NCBI GenBank assembly: GCA_030141605.1
Contig: JAQGDQ010000827.1
Coordinates: forward strand, 1-64,000
From: Tubiluchus corallicola
Lineage: Eukaryota > Animalia > Priapulida
Length of the DNA: 64,000 nt
Reading direction: 5' to 3'
Under the pieces are notes generated by a model. That model made no database searches, was not told the origin of the DNA, and worked only from the letters and a program-made list of their open reading frames with translations. Shown here one piece after another: positions 24,101 through 64,000 of the stretch; within the stretch, counting starts at the first letter, position 1; each line of letters starts with the position of its first letter. The position numbers and the translations under genes are program-made.

Positions 24101-26685
24101 TGACGTAGGTACATGCAGTGCGTATAACGCAACTGTTTTGCTGTGCACATATGACTCGACGGGCTGTTCTTGCGCAGGCGATTCGGGTGGGCCAGCGCTG
24201 TTAGCAAGCACAGGAGAGTTAGTTGGCGTAATATCCAGTTCAACTGGTACTGAAACCGGAGGTGACCATCCACAATCTGTGAGTTCGGTCGTAAGACTTT
24301 CTTATTATTTGGACTGGATTGATGATGAGCTATATTATTCGAATCGTTTACAGTTCAGTGGTCATTATGATGATACCGGTCATAGTCGTAGTGCCAGTGA
24401 CACAGTCGTAGCCCAAGAAAAACCAATGATAATTTGTATAATCATTCAGAATTTCCTATTGAGCATATGGAGACTATGGGATTATTAAATAACAAAGAAA
24501 ATTTTCAGTAGTAAAGATGTATAAGCCACCTCTTGCACTTACAATTTTCGAATTAAAAGGTTATGTTTGAAAACTTCTGCGATTTTTGCTTTTTGATAAA
24601 ACTTGTGCATCATACAGATGTTACGAAACATGGATTTCTAAGAAATATATTAGTTAAATTAGCTTAGCAGCCCTGATTGCAAACAGAATGAAACTTTGAT
24701 AATTTCGCAAGACTTAAACTAAATAAAAATTTATTTGACTTTTGTCAGAACCAGCTACCAACTGAAATAATTTCCACTATAGTAATAGTATTACTATTAC
24801 AATATCCAATAACATCTGATAAAATACTTTGTGGCATGTGTCCACAAAATGCACACAGAAGCTTAGGAAAATGTACAATGAACTTTGTTTGAAAGAATAT
24901 TTAGAGTATTATGCATTTTACCATTTAAAGTTTTTGATGATATTTGCTGCAATTATGCTAATAGACATAAGAACTTTTATTTCACACATAACAAGATATA
25001 CAGATTGTAGTCAGTTGACAAGTAAATATTTAAATAATGTGGGGAAAGGGAACGACCTTACAGTCTTTTGCTCCCTTCCCCTATATAAAGTGAAATAAAT
25101 AATTTTAATCAACTTGTAGACAATAATATAGTTATTTTTTTATGAGTACAATATAATGGTGTTGTTTTTTTTAATTTTAGTTTTATCCCAGTAACTACTT
25201 TAATCAGATTTTCGATAGTATAGAAGCATGAATCACAAGCACAAACAGAATTACAAACAGAATTGTTCCAATAAATCCAAATATTCACTATGCTTAATCT
25301 CCACAAAAGAATTCTCCAGCTAATAATATTACTACACAATTAAAATATTTCCATGTTGGCTTTTTGCCACATTCATGATCTGGCTATCACATCGGTGAGG
25401 TCACACCATTATCTTTGATAACAAAATGGCACAAGCTCCCCGATAAAGCTAGAGATCAAGGCTCCGGCCTACTGCCATGATTTGTCCAAAATACGCAAAA
25501 AGGACGACAAAATCCTAGTCTCTGTCCAATTAGAATAGAATAGAATAGCACATCGTATATATTAATTCTGCTGGTATATATATACATATATTTATATATA
25601 TATATAAGATTCGTGGCTACAGCTTCGACGACGGCACCATTTGCGGCGATCTATACATGAAACGAAAGGTCTCGATCTAGTGTCGTGCCATTGGAGGTAC
25701 TAGTGTCGTGCCAATCGGGCCGTCCAAGACGAACGGGGGGCGAGAAACCTCCAAAAATGGCCATTTTTCGGCCGTTTTTTTGCAAAACTTATACCGCTGA
25801 GATCTGAAGAACGGAATGGGCCATGGGGGTGTGCTGGCTATGGATAGATAGCCCGTTCAGAGGTGGGTGTAGTAGGCATATTTAGAATTCCAGAGAGGGC
25901 CACGGCGACCCGCAACGGTCGTTTTCCCGGACCCAACTCGCGATTTTTTCGAAATTTTGACCAAACAGCATGGGGAAAAATGTTCTAACGACGCCTGGTG
26001 GGACTTTCGGAAAGAGATATATAGCTCTTTAGAAAGAGGAAGGACAGTGCCACACGATGATGTGGGCTATATTTTAGGACAGGTCCACTGAGAGGAGTAC
26101 TGGCGAGTTAATTAGATGTTCTATTTTCGGCAATTTTCGCTTAGAAAACTGCTGACGCAAAGCCATTGTTGTGACGTCATCCATTATATTCTGCTATAAC
26201 CTTATAGCTTTAATTCAGTAAAAGCTGCTGCTGCTGGCTTTGCGTTAGGTAAGTAAACAAACACTAGGTAGAACGTTCGCGTATTTTTGATTATACGTGT
26301 ATTTATACGCAAATTTTTTTGGCGGGGCCTTTGGTAGTATATTTATTAATATCCTTCAGTCCAAAAAACAAATAACAAAACAGAAATAAGATACATTTTA
26401 CAAATGGAGATGTGGTGGCGATTAGACCAAAGTGATGTAGGACTGGCTTTAACATTCACACCACTGTTCATTCCAATATATTTATAAAAACTAGTATTAG
26501 TAGAAGCAATCTACTTTTTATAGATCGCAAAGCCGTAAAAAGATCAACAATTACTAATTTCTACTTCTCCAACTACAGCTTCTAACTCACATACTTACAC
26601 TCTTAAATGTTAGCAATGGTTCGCTTTTATTCGCTAAATTTGTAAAGAAGTGAAAACGAAAGTTTCTTAAGACGGAGGACGCCAT
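3086..26685 (-). CDS. IDH3G: Isocitrate dehydrogenase [NAD] subunit gamma, mitochondrial (11 coding exons, 390 aa)
   Basis: Exons 26599-26685, 18815-18865, 17453-17547, 14824-14939, 12345-12535, 9808-9941, 8723-8825, 6841-6987, 5101-5195, 3452-3512, 3086-3178; all GT-AG with consistent phase, 1173 nt. Gamma-type motifs [53 protein letters not shown]. Confidence 0.93.
3452..3512 (-). CDS. IDH3G: IDH3G exon 10
   Basis: [20 protein letters not shown]; phase 2/0, gtgagt donor. Confidence 0.88.
4571..5030. mobile_element. Tigger/pogo-type MITE
   Basis: TIR CAGTGTTCCCTCGCT / AGCGAGGGAACACTG, TA TSD. Confidence 0.85.
5101..5195 (-). CDS. IDH3G: IDH3G exon 9
   Basis: [32 protein letters not shown]. 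Confidence 0.94.
5438..5892. mobile_element. Tc1/mariner-type MITE
   Basis: TIR core CGTGGCCAAAAGTTTAAGCCCACCTGTGATTA inverted at both ends, TA flanks. Confidence 0.85.
6293..6811. mobile_element. hAT-like MITE
   Basis: CAGGGATGAGAAT / ATTCTCATCCTTG termini; ATTCTC on both flanks. Confidence 0.6.
6841..6987 (-). CDS. IDH3G: IDH3G exon 8
   Basis: [49 protein letters not shown]. Confidence 0.95.
7299..8070 (+). repeat. Interspersed repeat, partial copy (also at 15425-16364 and inverted at 18955-20125)
   Basis: Long near-identical blocks, e.g. TCTTGGAATCAGGAAACTCCTAATTTTAGTAAACACTACGAGGGTCTACTG at ~7311 and ~15615. Confidence 0.9.
8204..8685 (+). mobile_element. hAT (Charlie-like) MITE, family also at 30632 and 52515
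   Basis: CAGAGGTGTGCAAA..TTTGCACACCCCTG; 8-bp TSD CTCAAATG/CTCTAATG. Confidence 0.88.
8723..8825 (-). CDS. IDH3G: IDH3G exon 7
   Basis: [34 protein letters not shown]. Confidence 0.95.
9228..9790. repeat. (GAAGT)n pentanucleotide microsatellite
   Basis: GTGAA/GTAAA/ATGAA pentamers over ~560 bp. Confidence 0.97.
9808..9941 (-). CDS. IDH3G: IDH3G exon 6
   Basis: [45 protein letters not shown]. Confidence 0.95.
10060..10775 (-). mobile_element. Non-autonomous Helitron-like element (copy 1)
   Basis: Inverted homolog of 25553-26337; minus-strand 3' end has a short GCAAA-TTT-TTTGC hairpin then CTAG|T; (TA)n near the 5' end; no TIR or TSD. Confidence 0.65.
12345..12535 (-). CDS. IDH3G: IDH3G exon 5
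   Basis: [63 protein letters not shown]. Confidence 0.95.
12653..13467. mobile_element. Tigger/pogo-type MITE
   Basis: CAGTAGTCGCCGCTCAATAGACTCAC / GTGAGTCTATTAAGCAGCGCCTACTG, TA TSD; a related terminus occurs at ~37889. Confidence 0.82.
13760..14487 (+). mobile_element. hAT MITE (TAGGGTTACCATA TIRs, 13970-14487) plus adjacent CCCTAA-rich segment
   Basis: TIRs TAGGGTTACCATA / TATGGTAACCCTA; the block recurs inverted within 36262-37163. Confidence 0.85.
14824..14939 (-). CDS. IDH3G: IDH3G exon 4
   Basis: [39 protein letters not shown]. Confidence 0.94.
14973..15344 (-). mobile_element. Solo LTR, family A
   Basis: TGTTG..CAACA ends, 5-bp TSD GAAAT/GAGAT, homologous to 40652-41007 and 45101-45474. 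Confidence 0.8.
15425..16364 (+). repeat. Interspersed repeat, longest copy
   Basis: Direct match to 7299-8070; left part matches 18955-20125 in reverse complement. Confidence 0.88.
17453..17547 (-). CDS. IDH3G: IDH3G exon 3
   Basis: [32 protein letters not shown]. Confidence 0.95.
17763..18156. mobile_element. hAT-like MITE rich in TTCGAA repeats, flanked by a ~160-bp direct duplication
   Basis: TAGGGGTGAGCAT / ATGCTCACCCCTA TIRs; 17602-17762 repeated at 18157-18322. Confidence 0.85.
18815..18865 (-). CDS. IDH3G: IDH3G exon 2 (transit-peptide region)
   Basis: tttgcag acceptor, gtaagt donor, 51 nt phase 0/0: [17 protein letters not shown]. Confidence 0.72.
19011..19963. repeat. Minisatellite, 46-bp unit, ~21 copies, with 8-unit higher-order repeat
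   Basis: TAGACTTAAAA(AGCCTT/GGGCTC)AGCCTTGATCCAG(C/T)GTGTGATG..; starts at 19013, 19059, 19105 and so on. Confidence 0.96.
20985..23203. repeat. Minisatellite, 55-bp unit (with shorter deletion variants), ~40 copies
   Basis: TATATTAAGGCAAGTAACCAGACAACCAATG(C/G)ACATTCAAGAACTGGT(C/T)ATGTA(G/A). Confidence 0.97.
23475..24488 (+). CDS. S1 (chymotrypsin-fold) serine protease, single-exon ORF nested antisense in IDH3G intron 1
   Basis: 337 aa; hydrophobic N-terminus, activation site R|IRGG, catalytic motifs TAAHC, HDIAL, GDSGGP, YLDWI, and a hydrophobic C-terminal tail. Confidence 0.93.
   Translation: MNIITTFVLLCTGCTLRLWFDTCSSTSAMISTSINNSLDNVTRLPGEPRIRGGEELFEREFPFIVGISTKGDTDFCGGNLIDNLWVLTAAHCFLEDDKKTWEQPGKHLKIFLGSNKLFESTVQRWVYWYKRHPQFDPNSDQPNAHDIALVRMNEHVHFTHDIKPANLPICNKDSYINEEVIFVGWGSLGISGAPAELHERLQKVSTWVFDVGTCSAYNATVLLCTYDSTGCSCAGDSGGPALLASTGELVGVISSSTGTETGGDHPQSVSSVVRLSYYLDWIDDELYYSNRLQFSGHYDDTGHSRSASDTVVAQEKPMIICIIIQNFLLSIWRLWDY
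25553..26337 (+). mobile_element. Non-autonomous Helitron-like element (copy 2)
   Basis: A|TC start, (TA)n, GTAG|T end; inverted homolog of 10060-10775. Confidence 0.65.
26599..26685 (-). CDS. IDH3G: IDH3G exon 1 (start; mitochondrial presequence-like)
   Basis: gcaATGG context; [29 protein letters not shown]; gtaagt donor, phase 0. Confidence 0.78.
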
Positions 26686-29165
26686 TGCCGATTTGCCACT
26701 CAAATTCAGTTCGTTTAAGTTTAGTTGCCAATCATCACGACTAAGTGAGCACATGCATAAGAATCCACAAAGTAATCAATAGCCATCAAAGGCGATCACA
26801 AGAACAATGAAACTATTCCCACTGAAAGGCTAATCATTCACTCTGGTTAGGAGTGGTTATCCGGTTGGAGTCTGGATCGGAATTTGGGTGCTCTTTTTTA
26901 AAATTGTAATAGCAACGCACCTTTTAATAGATTGTAAGGAGTCTAATGACCACCACACTAAATGCTAACACTTATACTAATCACACAAAAGTATTCTAAA
27001 CAATTAAATAGTCTAAATCTGCTAGAACATGTTGCCCTCTGTCCCCTGTTGTGGTTTATCAAACTGATATACAACACAAATGAAATTATTTCAGAATTAT
27101 TGCAGTGGATTTGTGAAGTAAGTAAGTAAGTATCTTTATTTATCACCTTTTACAAGAAAAACACAGAGTATGAAACGATAATATGATAGTATTATACAAA
27201 GTGACAAGATTATTAATTGAATAAATTATCTGAGTTAATGATATTCAAGTGATTGATGAAAGGATGCCGAAAAACTAAAAGTTACCAATGTCAACCACCC
27301 TGAAGATAAGTATTTTAAACAAGTTTATATTATTAATAACATGATTGCAAAGAATTCAGCAGATTAAAAGAGGCCCAAGCTTTTCCCCAACAACTAACAA
27401 ACTCCCAATAACTCTAAAAACATGTAAAATATAATGGTAATTAGGTATTTTTGCCCACTATTGTGGCGCAACAGGCAAGTCCTACTTGGTTTCGGATGTT
27501 TAAGAGAAAAAACACTCTTCTATGTTTTTCTATTTCTCACCATTAAAACAAATTACGTACAATAATAAAAGAGGCAGCCCGCAAAGTATTTAAAATCCCA
27601 AAACAAACAAATTTAGCTGAAGCATGGTGTGAGAGCAATGGCAGGTAGACAATTAAACTGACTATGGATCTAAGCTCAGGGACCCAAAAAGAGAGGCAAC
27701 AAGAAATACCATTTTTCACATCACTGTATTTACTAGCCATTGGTTTCCTGTTCCAACATTTAATCACAAATAAAGTAAAATTATTTGTGTTGTCTCTTGC
27801 AAATCTCAGATCAGCATTAAATTCTTTAATGTACACACTTCTTTTCATCCATTTTCCTAAATGACTCGTTTGTATAATCATCCTCTAACTTTTACAAAAC
27901 CTCTTGTCTTTTTACAGATGTTAACAAATACCAGCCGAATTATGTTAGTAAGAAAATTCGTTAGTTATTAGTACAAAAATAAAAATTGTTTATATGTATG
28001 TATAGCAATGTGACATTCTTTTTTTAGATAACAATCAAACAAACACCCAATTTCCTTGAGAAAATAGTTATATTTATAGATAGCATTTCGTTCCGTCTGT
28101 ATTTCTGTTTATTCTAATTAAATAAGATTCAGAACATGTCCTAAGTAGGTTTAAAAACATTATAAAAATTATACTCTTTAAACAAATAAATTTCTTAGTG
28201 AATTATACAGATATGTACAATGCCAATTTTACAATAAATAAATAAATAATCGTAATAAATTTGAGCTTTAAGATATAAGCCAATGCTGGAGGTAGATTGT
28301 TTACCACACAATAGATTACATAATTATAACAAAGCGGACTAGATATGTAAAGTTATCTTCAAAACAGCATACCTAATTATGCAGTTACTGAGACTCGATT
28401 GAAAGATAATAGAGGGTCACTGTATGTATTTTATGTAAATGTTTGTATATGCGTACAATTTTAAATAAGGAATTACAATAATAATAATTATGCAACAGGA
28501 AAATGCTAACATTCATTCAAAAAAGATCAGTATCAACAACATCATACTAAAGTATGTTCAAAAACAGTACACAACAGCAACTTTGCTAATGATTATAGAT
28601 TATCATACTAATGACTTTATTACAAATTATAAATGTCACTCTAGCAAATATTCAGTGATTACAATTTTTTGCACACTTTCTTATATAATCCCATTTAACT
28701 ACAAAAAAGTTTAAATATCAATTTTATTTCTTTAATGCCCAAATTCACCACACTAGCTACACAGTTGTTTTTGAATTGTTTTAAATGGTACTTGACGGAC
28801 ATTCGCTTTTTTCAATATCACAAAATTGACCAGGCAACAGCAAAACACTGTTCAAGCACAAACAAATACGTGTTTATGGAAACACCATCCTAGTATTACT
28901 CCAAATGGCATAATAATTTGAACTCAGCAATAGTAAAAACCTGATTAAGAGACGTTCATAAGCAAATATCTCCGAAAATTTGTACAGCAAAGAAAATGAT
29001 GTGTACTTAAATTTTTAAACATAATTTTCCAAACATATATCTTTGCAATAGCGAGATAAATGCAATGAGTCCTTATGCTAGCATCTTTTAACTGACATTG
29101 TTTAATATATTTTGCATTATTTACAGATGTTACTTTAGCTCAAACAATTGTAAAACTTCCTCCTT

Positions 29166-63779
<34,614 letters not shown>

Positions 63780-63880
63780 CTTAATTAGTTTGCACTTCTT
63801 TTCTAAGTTTTTTTTCAATAATTTATTATACGTATCCGTCAAGAGCAGATGTCGAGCATCGCGCCGTTGCCAAAACTCTT

Positions 63881-63893
63881 GTTGCTAAGCAAC
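63881..63893. promoter_or_regulatory. RFX X-box in the DNAI4 promoter region
   Basis: GTTGCTAAGCAAC ~100 bp upstream of the putative ATG, with additional half-sites (GTTGCC at 63866, TAGCAAC at 63914). Confidence 0.7.
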
Positions 63894-64000
63894 ACTTAGC
63901 GTACCTCTACATGTAGCAACCATAGATAATAATATTACTGACGTAATCAAGCAAAACCGCCTTTCTTGCGCCACCTGACGTGCAAAATCAAAGTCAAAGC

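Overview
AT-rich, intron-rich invertebrate animal genomic DNA (the 5S-like sequence resembles spiralian/invertebrate 5S; the species cannot be determined). Four genes were reconstructed by hand from GT-AG sites and reading phase: (1) the last coding exon of a C-terminal-motor kinesin (+, 688-813); (2) a complete 11-exon NAD-dependent isocitrate dehydrogenase gamma subunit gene (IDH3G, -, 26685-3086, 390 aa); (3) a chymotrypsin-fold S1 serine protease ORF nested antisense in IDH3G intron 1 (+, 23475-24488); (4) a complete 20-exon axonemal dynein intermediate chain DNAI4/WDR78 gene (-, 63779-29166, 795 aa) with an RFX X-box upstream. Introns are packed with MITEs (Tc1/pogo, hAT, piggyBac), Helitron-like elements, five solo LTRs, 5'-truncated LINEs and minisatellites. 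Most notable: a 106-bp tandem duplication of the DNAI4 exon 9 splice acceptor in which intact copies form candidate in-frame 15-nt microexons; a TSD-flanked 5S-headed SINE with an RTE-like body; and the nested protease with an atypical specificity pocket. No prokaryote-type system or CRISPR array is present. Family assignments rest on recalled motifs and were not checked by database search.
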